This document shows, piece after piece, positions 20,353 through 30,248 of a stretch of 64,000 nucleotides of DNA. Below the pieces are notes generated by a model. It did not search any database. It was not told the DNA's origin and saw only the letters and a program-made list of their open reading frames with translations. This DNA is from Prorocentrum cordatum. Taxonomy: Eukaryota. The DNA lies in contig CAUYUJ010000225.1 of NCBI GenBank assembly GCA_963575745.1, positions 496,001 to 560,000 of the forward strand. Direction: 5' to 3'. The translations under genes and the position numbers were made by a program. The first letter of the stretch is position 1, and each line of letters opens with the position of its first letter.

Positions 20353-21948
20353 TTATTGCTCTTGCCGTTGGGCTCGAAGTATAGACCTCTTGCTGCTGGG
20401 GTCCGAAGCGAGCTTGGGTCTGGCTACCTTTGGAAACGGTTCAGGTAACACAAGTTTCTGGTACCACCATCTGCGCATGCCATCGTGGGCGTCAGCCTGC
20501 AGTGCACAGTGCGTCTTCCACGGGACCTGAGGCTGCGACCGAACTCGGTATCTGGAAGATGTTCCGTTCTTGGCCATTGCGAAATCAATGAGAGAGCCCT
20601 CCTGCCCTTTGTCGCACGTGGTGCTGACGTCAGCGGGTAGAATGAGTGTGCCCCCAATTTTTCCAGGCCAGCCAGATCCTTCCAAGGAAGTTGGTGAAAT
20701 ATTCCAGTCACCGATAACCAACCAAGGGTCTGCAAGCCCATGAAGGAAGGAGGCTAACGCAACCAGCACTTGGCGATTTCTGCCAGAAACTCCCAATCCT
20801 GGCCAAAGATAAACTGATACCAAGACCAGGTTGCCCGAGGACAAGTGCAAGATCATGGCGGCGAACCCGCGCATAGGATCAGGTTGGCGTGCAGCTTGTG
20901 CATATTGCCGAATGGCCTGTAGCGAGGTGGTGGCCAGATGCTTCTTGGCCATGACCCATTCACCGCCAGAAGAGCCTCCTCGTCCTGTTGGTGTGCTCCC
21001 TGTGGCGCAGACCTTCCAGCCGCCTTTGTCCAGTTCGATCTCCGTCTTGGAGTGGAACGCGGCGGCGGTGACATGAGTCTCCACCAGACAAAACACAGAG
21101 TAAGGGGCTGTGTTGACATAGCGCTGCGCTTGAGGCCCCCACTCCGTGATGTTACCGTAAAGGATCGAGAAATCTTTCTCGTCGGATGTGAGCTTGGAGG
21201 GGGCTGGAGCGGCCAAAGCCTGCGCTGCTGGTGCGCTGAGGTCAGCCTCAAGGCAAGTAGGGCCGCTGCTGGAGGCAGCCTGGTCCGCCCTAGCCTCAGA
21301 AGGCCTGGCGGTGACGCCAGGTGGCGAGGGGCCAACCTCCGCCCCGAACGGCGAGTCCTGGTGGAAACGCTCGTTGACCTTCTCCCGCTCCAGCTCCTCG
21401 AACGGATCCAGCTCGGCGTCGTACAGGTGCGCCGTCGTACAGGAAGGGACAGAGGCCTGCGGTCCCGTAGATGCGCGAGGCGCAGCCCTCGGGGGAGGGC
21501 TGTCATTAAGGGCAGCATACGCCAGCCCGCCAAGCGCACCCGTCAGCGAGGCTTGACCCGATGCGCCCGAAGAAGTGCGAGTAGCCGAAATCCTCGCACT
21601 CGGGGATGGCGTAGCTCCGCGCGACGCAGAACGCGACGAACGTCTCGCCTGCGGTGTCCGTGACGCCGAGCCAGGAGCCGCAGTCGGCGAACTGCTCACC
21701 TCCAACGGTGCTGTAGTTGTCTCGCTTCCAAAAGCGCGCTCCTCATCCGAGTCGAGGAAAAACTCGACTGGGTAGGGCCAGGGGCGCCCGCCGTAACAGC
21801 ATGCCGACAAAACTCGGCGCGGCGCCCCTCGATCTGCGTTAGGCTGTGGACGGAGCCCCTGATGCTGCAGGGGAGGGGGCGGTGCCAGGAGCGCCAGGAG
21901 CTGCCTCTGCGGAGGTGGAAGCGGCCTCCTGCTGAGCGTAGAGCTCAT
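20353..21948 (-). CDS. LINE pol N-terminal part: APE-like (EEP) endonuclease; start uncertain (the frame is open up to the ATG at 23325)
   Basis: ILYGNITEW, FCLVETHV, SGGEWVMAK, LVSVYLWPG, WLVIGDWNI, SLIDFAM and WKTHCAL match the ordered APE motifs. Confidence 0.85.
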   Translation of the reverse strand: MSSTLSRRPLPPPQRQLLALLAPPPPLQHQGLRPQPNADRGAPRRVLSACCYGGRPWPYPVEFFLDSDEERAFGSETTTAPLEVSSSPTAAPGSASRTPQARRSSRSASRGATPSPSARISATRTSSGASGQASLTGALGGLAYAALNDSPPPRAAPRASTGPQASVPSCTTAHLYDAELDPFEELEREKVNERFHQDSPFGAEVGPSPPGVTARPSEARADQAASSSGPTCLEADLSAPAAQALAAPAPSKLTSDEKDFSILYGNITEWGPQAQRYVNTAPYSVFCLVETHVTAAAFHSKTEIELDKGGWKVCATGSTPTGRGGSSGGEWVMAKKHLATTSLQAIRQYAQAARQPDPMRGFAAMILHLSSGNLVLVSVYLWPGLGVSGRNRQVLVALASFLHGLADPWLVIGDWNISPTSLEGSGWPGKIGGTLILPADVSTTCDKGQEGSLIDFAMAKNGTSSRYRVRSQPQVPWKTHCALQADAHDGMRRWWYQKLVLPEPFPKVARPKLASDPSSKRSILRAQRQEQ

Positions 21949-23164
21949 CCAGGGCCGACTTGGCCTTGGCTCTGGCAGCAGCGCGCATGGCCTCGGCCCC
22001 GGCTGGAGCTCCTGCTGCCGCAGCGGCGCCAGCGGGCCCAGCCCCGCCAGTTGCAGCAGCAGCAGCGGGGCCAGCAGCAGAGCCAGCCGCATCGCTGTCG
22101 TCCACGCGCCTGCGCTTGGCCTCCTCCCTGGCGCGCAGCTTTCGAGCCTCCTCACGAAGCTCCAGGATGCGCTGCGCCGAGGGTCCGAGGACTTCCTGGA
22201 CCTTGGTCTGGACGCTGTCGGCCAGCTCCTGCTTGATGCGCTCCCAGTCCACGCGCGCCTGCTCGTCGAGCTCCAGGCCAGAGAGGTCGAACAGCGGCCC
22301 GTCCACGATCTGCAGCGAGCCCTCGTCGACGAGCGTCGAAAGGTTGATCGCCGAAGAAGAGGGTGGCGCCGTTGACGGCGGCGCCGCTTTGGCCTTGACC
22401 TGCTTGGCGCAGGCCGCCTCCCAGTCCTGCTGCGCCGCATGAGCGCTGGCGGCCGCCTCGTCCTCTGCGGCCTGGGCGTCAGCAAGCCACTGCTTGCTCT
22501 CCAGGACGCGGGCCGAGCAGGTCTCAAGCCATGCCAGCGCCCTCCTGCAAGCCACGCCTTTGGCCCGCACTTCCTCAAGGAGTGGCGCCTTCTGCGGGGC
22601 ACCCGCGCCTGCAGCAGCTGCCTGTGCCTCCTTCTTGGCCTGCACCGCCGCCTTGAGCTTGAGAAGCTCGTCGCAGTCCGAGCCAAGCTCCTTCTCGAAG
22701 AACTCGAAGGGGTCAGCGGCCTGGGCGGGCTGCTGCTGCTGCTGCTGCTGCCCCACGCGGCCACCATGAGGCACCCAGCCCGCCTGCTGGTAGACCCATG
22801 GCCGACGCTGGACGGCCTGGGCCTTCGGCGCGGGCCGGGGCAAAGGTGGTCCCTTGGCGCCCTTGCCTCCTGCTTGAGCCCAGGGAGGAGCCGCAGGGGC
22901 CTCTGCCGCAGGCTCTGCCTCAGGAGGAGGCGTTGCGCCCGCCTGCGGCGGGCCCCAAACCCACTGGCCGCGGGGACGCTTGTCCTCCGATGGGCTCGGC
23001 ACCATGCCGCCTCCGCACTGGTAGCACCAGTGGTTGTTCTTGAAGTTCCAGCGGAATCTGCAGGAAGTGCATGTGATGTACGTCGTCTTGGCCCCTGCCG
23101 CTGGAGCCGAGCGACCTCCGCCAAAGCCTTTCCTGCCGCCGCCCTTCTTGCCGCCGCCTCCCAT
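21839..23164 (-). CDS. LINE ORF1 (gag-like) with an N-terminal C4 zinc finger and an Ala-rich coiled coil
   Basis: MGGGGKKGGGRKGF...YITCTSCRFRWNFKNNHWCYQCGG (CxxC-x10-CxxC spacing, RanBP2-like), then a long helical A/E/K/Q region; lies 5' of pol. Confidence 0.8.
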   Translation of the reverse strand: MGGGGKKGGGRKGFGGGRSAPAAGAKTTYITCTSCRFRWNFKNNHWCYQCGGGMVPSPSEDKRPRGQWVWGPPQAGATPPPEAEPAAEAPAAPPWAQAGGKGAKGPPLPRPAPKAQAVQRRPWVYQQAGWVPHGGRVGQQQQQQQPAQAADPFEFFEKELGSDCDELLKLKAAVQAKKEAQAAAAGAGAPQKAPLLEEVRAKGVACRRALAWLETCSARVLESKQWLADAQAAEDEAAASAHAAQQDWEAACAKQVKAKAAPPSTAPPSSSAINLSTLVDEGSLQIVDGPLFDLSGLELDEQARVDWERIKQELADSVQTKVQEVLGPSAQRILELREEARKLRAREEAKRRRVDDSDAAGSAAGPAAAAATGGAGPAGAAAAAGAPAGAEAMRAAARAKAKSALDELYAQQEAASTSAEAAPGAPGTAPSPAASGAPSTA

Positions 23165-23325
23165 GGCCGATGCGAGGAAGGCTGCTCTCCCAGTGAAGGG
23201 GGCAGGCGATGGACTGGGGCGGACCAGCCCTCGCAAAGAGGATGTCGGGCGCAAGCACCCTGGCACTGCCGCGGACTAGCGGTATCCAGTTCAGCCAATG
23301 CGGGCTCAGCCCGCACGAAAGGCAT

Positions 23326-23347
23326 CTTGAGCCAAAATGGCTACGGA
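23326..23347 (-). other. Perfect 22-nt dinoflagellate spliced leader TCCGTAGCCATTTTGGCTCAAG
   Basis: Plus strand reads cttgagccaaaatggctacgga; immediately followed by ATG on the minus strand. Confidence 0.98.
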
Positions 23348-24640
23348 GGAGGAGGAGGAGGAGAGGACGAGGATGAGGATGAGGATGAGGATGAGGATGA
23401 GGATGAGGATGAGGATGAGGAGGAGGAGGAGGAGGAGGGGAGAGGAGGAGGAGGAGGGCAGAGGGGCAGGAGGAGGAGGGAGGAGGGCGAGGAGGAGGAG
23501 GGAGGAGGAGGAGGAGGAGGAGGAGGAGGAGGACGAGGAGGGAGGAGGAGGAGGAGGAGGGAGGAGGAGGAGGAGGGGGAGGAGGGGCCGGAGCGAGGAG
23601 GCGAGGAGGAGGGGCGGAGGAGGAGGAGGAGGGAGGAGGAGGAGGCGAGGAGGAGCGAGGAGGAGGAGGAGGAGGGAGGAGGAGGAGGATGAGGAGGAGG
23701 AGGAGGAGGAGAGGAGACGGAGGAGGAGGAGAGAAGGATGGGGCAGGAGAGAGGAGGAGGAGGAGGAGGAGGAGGAGGGCGGAGGAGGAGGGGAGGAGGA
23801 GGCGGAGGAGGAGGAGGAGAAGGAGGAGGAGGAGAGGAGGAGGAGGAGGAGGAGGAGGAGGAGAGGAGGACGAGGGAGGAGGAGGAGGAGGGGAAGGAGG
23901 GGCAGGAGGAGGAGGAGGCGGAGGAGGAGGGGCAGGAGGAGGAGGAGGAGGACGAGGAGGAGGAGGAGGAGGGCGACGAGGATGGAGAGGAGGAGGAGGC
24001 AGGAGGAGGAGGACGAGGAGGAGGAGGAGGCGGAGGAGGAGGGGCAGGAGGAGGAGGAGGAGGAAGAGGAGGAGGAGGAGGAGGAGAGGAGGAGGTGAAG
24101 GAGGGGCAGGAGGAGGAGGAGGAGGAGGAGGCGGAGGAGGAGGGGACGAGGAGGAGTCCTTGCCCCCGCCCCGGAGGGCAGCGGCCGAGGAGCGCGGGCG
24201 GCGGCGCCGCGCGCTGCGCGGCGCGCGGGCCGCCGGCGGAGACAGGCCGGACGGCTACGGCGCGGGCGGGTGGGGCGAGGGAGGAGGGAGGGAGGGAGGA
24301 GGGAGGAGGGAGGAGGGAGGAGGGAGGGAGGAGGGTGAGGGGGGAGGGAGGAGGGTAATGGGGGAGAGGGAGGGAGGGAGAGGGAGGAGGGAGGGAGGAG
24401 GGTGTAGGGAGGAGGGGAGGAGGGGGGAGGGAGGGTAAGGGAGGAGGGAGGAGGGAGGAGGGAGGAGGGAGGGTGGGGAAGGGAGGAGGGAGGACGGAGG
24501 GAGGAGGGACCAGGGACCAGGGGCCGGGAGGGAGGGTAAGGGAGGAGGGAGGAGGGAGGAGGGAGGAGGGAGGGTGGGGAAGGGAGGAGGGAGGACGGAG
24601 GGAGGAGGGACCAGGGACCAGGGGCCAGGGAGAGGCCTCC
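23345..24640. repeat. (GAG)n and purine-rich low-complexity tract
   Basis: About 1.3 kb of gag/ggag repeats, interrupted at ~24155-24275. Confidence 0.95.
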
Positions 24641-24919
24641 TGGATGGGTACGAGTACGGTCGGGCCCAGGACAGCGGCCCTCCGCCAGCCAACACACACA
24701 GAACATCCAAGGGTACGCTCCCCCAGGAGGCGCAAGAGCATCCAGTAAACACACGAAAAGCATTATGATGCCCTCCCCGAGCCGACCTCGATCTGATACC
24801 TCGGTCCGACCGCAGGCGAGGTTGGAGGATCGCGCCGCATCGCCGATGTATCGGTGCCGTCGGCGTGGGGAAAATCGGGCTCCGTATCGAGCCGCATCGC
24901 CGATGCGTCGGCGATGCTA

Positions 24920-25070
24920 GGGGGCCACATGCGAACCCTACCCCTACCCCCCACGATTTCCGAGGGGGAGGGTGGGGCTCACTTCGCTCGGGAGCTTTCG
25001 AGCGAAGTGAACCCCACCCTCCCCGTCAGAAATCGTGCGGGGTAGGGGTCAGGTTCGCATGTGGCCCCCC
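24920..25070. mobile_element. MITE-like element with ~55-bp imperfect terminal inverted repeats
   Basis: ggggccacatgcgaaccctacccctacccccacgatttc ... gaaatcgtgcggggtaggggtcaggttcgcatgtggcccc. Confidence 0.75.
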
Positions 25071-25088
25071 AGCGAGAGGGGAAAGATG

Positions 25089-25248
25089 GACACACACACA
25101 CAGACACAGACACAGACACAGACACAGACACAGACACAGACACAGACACAGACACAGACACAGACACAGACACAGACACAGACACAGACACACACACACA
25201 CACACACACGGACACACACGGACACACACGGACACACACACACACACA
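25089..25248. repeat. (CACAGA)n/(CA)n microsatellite
   Basis: Direct inspection. Confidence 0.97.
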
Positions 25249-25642
25249 AATAAGGCAACTGCATAGACATCAACGGTTGGAGAGGTCCGCGCGGCTCTCC
25301 CGGAGCGGCGCTGCCCCCCCCCCCCCCCCGCCCCGCCCCCCCCCCCTCCCGTGCCCGCGGACTGCGCCCCCGGCGGCGGCGCCGGAAGCACCGCCGGCAG
25401 GGCCCAGAGCGGATCCAAGGAATCCGCGCGGAGCACCGAAAGTTTATGTCCATGAAGGGGCCCCAGGACACACAAATAAATACACACAAATAAAAAGATT
25501 CCCCATATTTCCTCCATAGTTTCTGGGTTTTTGTCTGCCCCCCCACTTCCCATATTTTCCTATATTTTCCTGGGGATCGACGATTAATTGTGTCTGTGTG
25601 TTTCTTTCCCTCCTGAGTCTATGCCGTCAGGAGCGGTGGTAA

Positions 25643-25842
25643 GTCGGGTCGGGCGAAAGGGGGGGGATAGGAAAGGGGGGGGTGAGAATCAGCTCACGTA
25701 GCTGAGTTTCCCAGCGCCTCCCGGCGCCGGAAGGCGCCCGTGTATCGAGGAATGGGCCCGGCGGCGGGGCCGAAACCAGCTGCATGCAGCAGACTTCGTA
25801 ACCCCCCCTTTCCGTATCCCCCCCCTTTCGTTCGGCCCGAGT
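25643..25842. mobile_element. MITE-like interspersed repeat; second copy at ~57967-58150
   Basis: Shared gtcgggtcgggcgaaagggggggatag...gagaatcagctc...ggccgaaaccagctgcatgcagca...ttcgtaacccccc; G-rich/C-rich inverted ends. Confidence 0.75.
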
Positions 25843-25944
25843 AAGGCTTCGGGCTGCGCGCAGACAGCTCCCCCAGGTAACCCTGGCTGACCTCGACGGG
25901 CCCCTGGGAGTGGTACCAGCTGGCCTCGGCAACCACCCCCGAGT

Positions 25945-26345
25945 GTTGTGTTGTTCCCGTCCTACTTAGGACCGCATCCCAGAAATCATTTCGAGCACCC
26001 AGAAAAGTGTCAAAAGAGTGTCGAAACAGTGTCGAAACAGTGTCTCGGGCGAGTGTCTCCCAGGGCCCCGGCACGTGAAAACCCTTGAGTTTCGGCACTT
26101 TTTTGGGCGCTCGAGATTCTTCCTGGTGATCGAGGCTGCCCCCCAGAGTGGTCCCAGCTGGCCTTGGCAACCACCTCGGGGATGGACAGACCCCCCTTTA
26201 GTAAAACGTGGTTTAGTGAAAACGACCCGAGGCCCAAACCTGGCGGGCGCAAGCCTGGAAAATAACGGCCACGGCGCCCTCTCGAGAACCGAAAACGGAC
26301 AATTCACTAATCGACGTGTCACTGTTGGGGGCTCTGTCCACCCCC
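25945..26345 (+). repeat. Composite of interspersed repeats; related copies at ~45588-45745, ~38950-39045 and ~40262-40435
   Basis: gcatcccagaaa...tttcgagcacccaga.aagtgtcaaaagagtgtcgaaacag, and ccctttagtaaa...gtgaaaacg.ccc...ctaatcgacg. Confidence 0.75.
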
Positions 26346-26577
26346 GACCACCCGCGAGTGCTTCATCCGGGGCGGTCTGAACACCCTGGCGCCGCCTCGG
26401 GCGCCGCCTCTGGGACGCTCCGCGCAGGGGTGAGGTGCTGACACCGCCCCGGACTACACCAGGGGGCATGCTGTGGCCGGCTGGCGCTGCTCGGGGGGCC
26501 TGCCGAGGCCAGCTGGGACCACCATGGGGGGCTGCCTCTGCGCAGCCCGAGGCCTCACCGACGAGGAGCGGGCGGGC

Positions 26578-26638
26578 CTCGTAGAAGGAGGTGATGTCCG
26601 CGATGCCGGGCAGGAAGACGATGAGCGTGCACTTCTCC
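26578..26638 (-). CDS. DEAH helicase exon with motif IV: (R)EKCTLIVFLPGIADITSFYE
   Basis: LIVFLPG..DI is the DEAH/RHA motif IV; ggcag|G acceptor and GAG|gc donor. Confidence 0.9.
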
Positions 26639-26942
26639 CTGCCGCGCGGGCTCCGGGCGGCCCAGGGCCACCGGCGCGTTGGAGAGAAGGGGGCGGAGTT
26701 TTGTTCGGGGCAGGTTTCCGCATCCAGTGGCCACGCTCCGGGATCAGGAAAGGCAAGGGACGGCCTCGGGTGATATCAGTGATAACCCACACCCCTGGGA
26801 GTGGTCCAGAGGTCTGGAGGCGCTGTCTCTGAAGGACTGGAGACGTCAGAGCTCTGGGGCTGTCCGAGCCCCCCTCGCAGGGCACGGACAACTGGCCGCG
26901 TCAACCCGCCGACGCCGTCACTATGCCTCGTGAGAAGGAAGA

Positions 26943-26994
<52 letters not shown>

Positions 26995-27899
26995 CAGGAG
27001 GAGGGCCACTGCCTCCAAGCGTGCGTGGCCCTCTCTGGGCCCCTGGGGGGCCACCAGAGACCCCACGAGACCGCCAGCTTCAACGTGCCATCCGCCGCCT
27101 TGCGCCACAGCTTCTCCCTGTCGGCGGGCGTCGGGCGGCTGTCGGAGCCCCAAGAGCGAGGCCGCGCCACCTCGACCAGGAAAGTGCTTCAGCGCGCTCG
27201 CACAATTCGGCCGGGAGTCGATTGGACCACCCGGGCTGCCCGCTGGCCGAAATGGCAAGTGATGGTCCGGGCCAGTTATCGGGGCACTCGGGGCCACTCG
27301 GCCGCTTGGGACACTTGCCCAACAATCCTGTGCCTGGGTCTGAGGGCCAGTTGGGCCACTTCCACGCGCCCAGTCTATCTCCAGATGGCCCAAGGTTACC
27401 CAACGCCACAATCGCCCACCAAGTGCCCCGAGTCCCCCCAAATGACCCGAGTTGGCCCCGAGTGGGCCCGGGAGGAGGAGGAGGAGGAGGAGGAGGAGGA
27501 GGAGGAGGAGGAGGAGGAGGAGGAGGAGGGGCCCAAGCTGCCCCAGGGGCTACTCGGCCTATTCCGCCAGTCGAGAGCGCAGCCAGGGTCAGGCACCTAT
27601 CGGGGGGGGGGCACTTGGGGCCACTCAGGCTACTGGGGCCAGCGTCGTCCCCAAGAGATAGCCCAAGATAGCCCAAGAGAGCCCGACCAAGATGGCACGA
27701 CCAAGATAGCCCAAGAAAGCCCGAAGAGGGGCCCCATAAAGGCTTCAAGTCTACCCCAAGGCGACCCCAAGATCCCCCAAGAGGGCCCCAAGAGCCCGAA
27801 GGACCCCCACAAATTACGCTACCCAGGAACCCCACATACTTCGTTTGAACTCGTGTCTTAGCGTAGCTGACATGCAACATACGTGGATCATGCTAAGTG

Positions 27900-28537
27900 G
27901 TCAAGAAAATGCCGCGCCTGCTGTGCCGTGGACGACCAGGGCGGATAGTGCCCCAACCCCCAGCGCACCCCCTTGTGCCGTCGAGAAAACGCCACGCCTG
28001 CCATGCCCTGCGAGCCTGCAACGCATAGCGCCCCCACCCCCAGCGCACCCCCTGTGCCGTCGAGGAAATGCCACGTCCTGCGAGCCTGCAATGCATAGCG
28101 CCCCCACCCCCAGCGAACTCCCAGTGGCGTCGAGGAGATGCCACGCCTGCCATGCCCTGCGAGCCTGCAACGCATAGGAATCACGGTGAGAGGCCACCCC
28201 CTCTGGCGTCGAGAGAATGCCACGCCTGCCACGCCTGCCACGCTTTGCGAGCGTACGACGGATAGGGACCCCACCCACAGCACACCCCCTGTGGCGTCGA
28301 GAAAAGGCCGCCCCTGCCACACTCTGCGAACGTACGACGGATAAGGACCCCACCCCCAGCACACCCCCGGTGGCATCGAGAAAATGTCACCCCTGCCACA
28401 CTTTGCGAGCGTACGACGGATAAGGACCCCACCCCCAGCACACCCCCTGTGGCGTCGAGAAAATGTCACCCCTGCCACACTTTGCGAGCGTACGACGGAT
28501 AAGGAACCCACCACCAGCACAACACCTGTGGCGTCGA
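27900..28537 (+). repeat. Degenerate ~60-80 bp tandem minisatellite
   Basis: Recurrent gcgtcgagaaaatgccacgcctgcca...gcgagc...ccccacccccagc. Confidence 0.85.
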
Positions 28538-28986
28538 TGTGTGTGTGTATGTGTGTGTGTGTGTGTGTTTGCGGCTGTATCTGGACGTGTGTTTCATGTC
28601 AGTGCCCAGTATGTGTCATGTGTCTGATGCGTGTGCGGCTATATCTGGACGTGTGTCTCATGTGGGTGCCCAGTATGTGGCGCATACGTCGTGGGTGTAT
28701 GATGCAGTGAACACGCCAGGCGTGCACTGGCGGTATTCATGTGTGTGTGCGTGTTGCGAACGACGACCGCCGAAAGGTGCTAGATGGCCAGCATGCGCGC
28801 AGGCCTGTCCTGGGGGAACAAGCCATGACACAGCATACACTTTCGGAGGTCCGCGCGGATTTCTCGGATCGGCGCTGGACCCCCTTCCCAGGCGCGCGCA
28901 GCAGCGCGCCAGGGGCGGCGTCGGAGGCGCCGCCAGAGGGCCCGCAGGCCTGCCTCCCGTCCCGCCCGCCCGCAGAGCGCCCCGGC

Positions 28987-29029
28987 CTCGCCATCTGCTG
29001 CACCAGCTCCTTGCAGAGCATGTCGCAGC
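28987..29029 (-). CDS. DEAH helicase exon: (G)CDMLCKELVQQMA(R)
   Basis: ggcag|GC acceptor and AG|gc donor; phases fit both neighbours. Confidence 0.8.
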
Positions 29030-29149
29030 CTGCCAGGGCGGCTCCGGCGCGCGGGAGGCCAGGGGGAGGAGGGCTTTTTCAAGAGCGGCGAACGTATCCA
29101 TCGTCGTCGTCGCTGTCGTCGTCGTCGCAGCCGTCGTCGTTGTCGTCGT

Positions 29150-29520
29150 CGTCGTCGTCGCCCAGGTGGTGACCCTCGCCGCGACGCCCTCGCGGTCTGT
29201 CGGCGGCGAGCCCAGGTGGGAAGTGAGAAGTGATTGGCCTTCTCGGAAGGCTCGGAAGGCATCGGGCCTTCTGAAACATGTTCTAAGACTTCCCCGAAGA
29301 CACACCAACACTTCCTAGAAGGACAGAGGGCTTCTGAGAAGTCCCGCCACCTTTCGAGAAGGCCTGCTCCTTCTCGTTTCCCCCTAGGCGCGCCGCTGAT
29401 GGGTTCCAGGGCGCGATCCCGCGGATACGAGGTCGCTCGGATACGTTCCTCGTGGAGCATCTGCGAACAAAAACGTCACGTATCTGCGGGTCGTGGCCCA
29501 AGGGCCTGGCCCGCGAGGCC
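29150..29520. repeat. ~370-bp repeat with a diverged inverted copy at ~32405-32775
   Basis: gcccaggtgggaagtgagaag...ggccttctcggaaggctcggaaggc...gggttccagggcgcgatcccgcggatacgaggtcgctcggatacgttcctcg is the reverse complement of the 32.4-32.8 kb block. Confidence 0.85.
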
Positions 29521-30197
29521 GCGGATACAGATGTCTTCCGCACATGAATTGATCCATGCAAGCAGCGAGGCAGCAGCAGCCACGGAACTAGCGACGAGAT
29601 GCGCTGGAAGTTGAGGCCGTGGCCACGAGCAGATCAGGCTGGCCTAGGATGACGTCCCAGGATTCCCAGTATCCAGCGGCCCTTGTTTCTGGAGCTCGTG
29701 CGGGACATTAAGGGATCGGGGAAATCCTGGAACTCCTGGGAAATCGAGGAACGCATCACGATCCTCGCCTCTTGCTCCTCTGCTCCTCTGCACCCCGCAC
29801 CTCGCCCAGGGGCAGGATCGATCGGCCAGCATCGAAACGGGGAGTCGGATCGAATCGACATGTCTGGCCATCGCTCGGACGTCCATTCCCTGTGCTTTTT
29901 TTGTTTTCGTGCGTGGTTTTTTCGCCAAATGATCAAGGATGCTCCTCGATGGTCCTCGCCGAGAAAAAATGCACACGTCCGAGCGATGCCAGGATGTGCC
30001 TCGGATCGGGCGGCATCGGCACGGAGGCGAAATCTCAGATCGGATCGGCCGCGCCGGGACGAGCATCGGCGCCGTGCAGGCATCGGGCCGCATCGGACCC
30101 TCGGACTATCGGAGTCGAGTCGGCTCGCTCCGTGTTTTCTGTGCTTTGTGTGTGTGTGTGTGTGCGTGTGCGTGTGCGTGTGCGTGTGCGTGTGCGT

Positions 30198-30248
<51 letters not shown>

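Larger units (their letters stand above)
15912..23347 (-). mobile_element. Near full-length APE-type non-LTR retrotransposon (LINE) with RNase H, about 7.4 kb, 5' end formed by a spliced leader
   Basis: ORF1, then APE/RT/CCHC/RNase H pol, then a Cys/His C-terminal module; flanked on both sides by (GAG)n; 3' end has a tandem 9-mer (caaaaggtc)x2 rather than poly(A). Confidence 0.93.

Noticed and set aside
23326..23347. SL RNA gene
   Set aside because: The SL is followed by ATG (and the 14977 copy by CTT), not by the GT donor and intron of an SL RNA gene; these are retroposed leaders.
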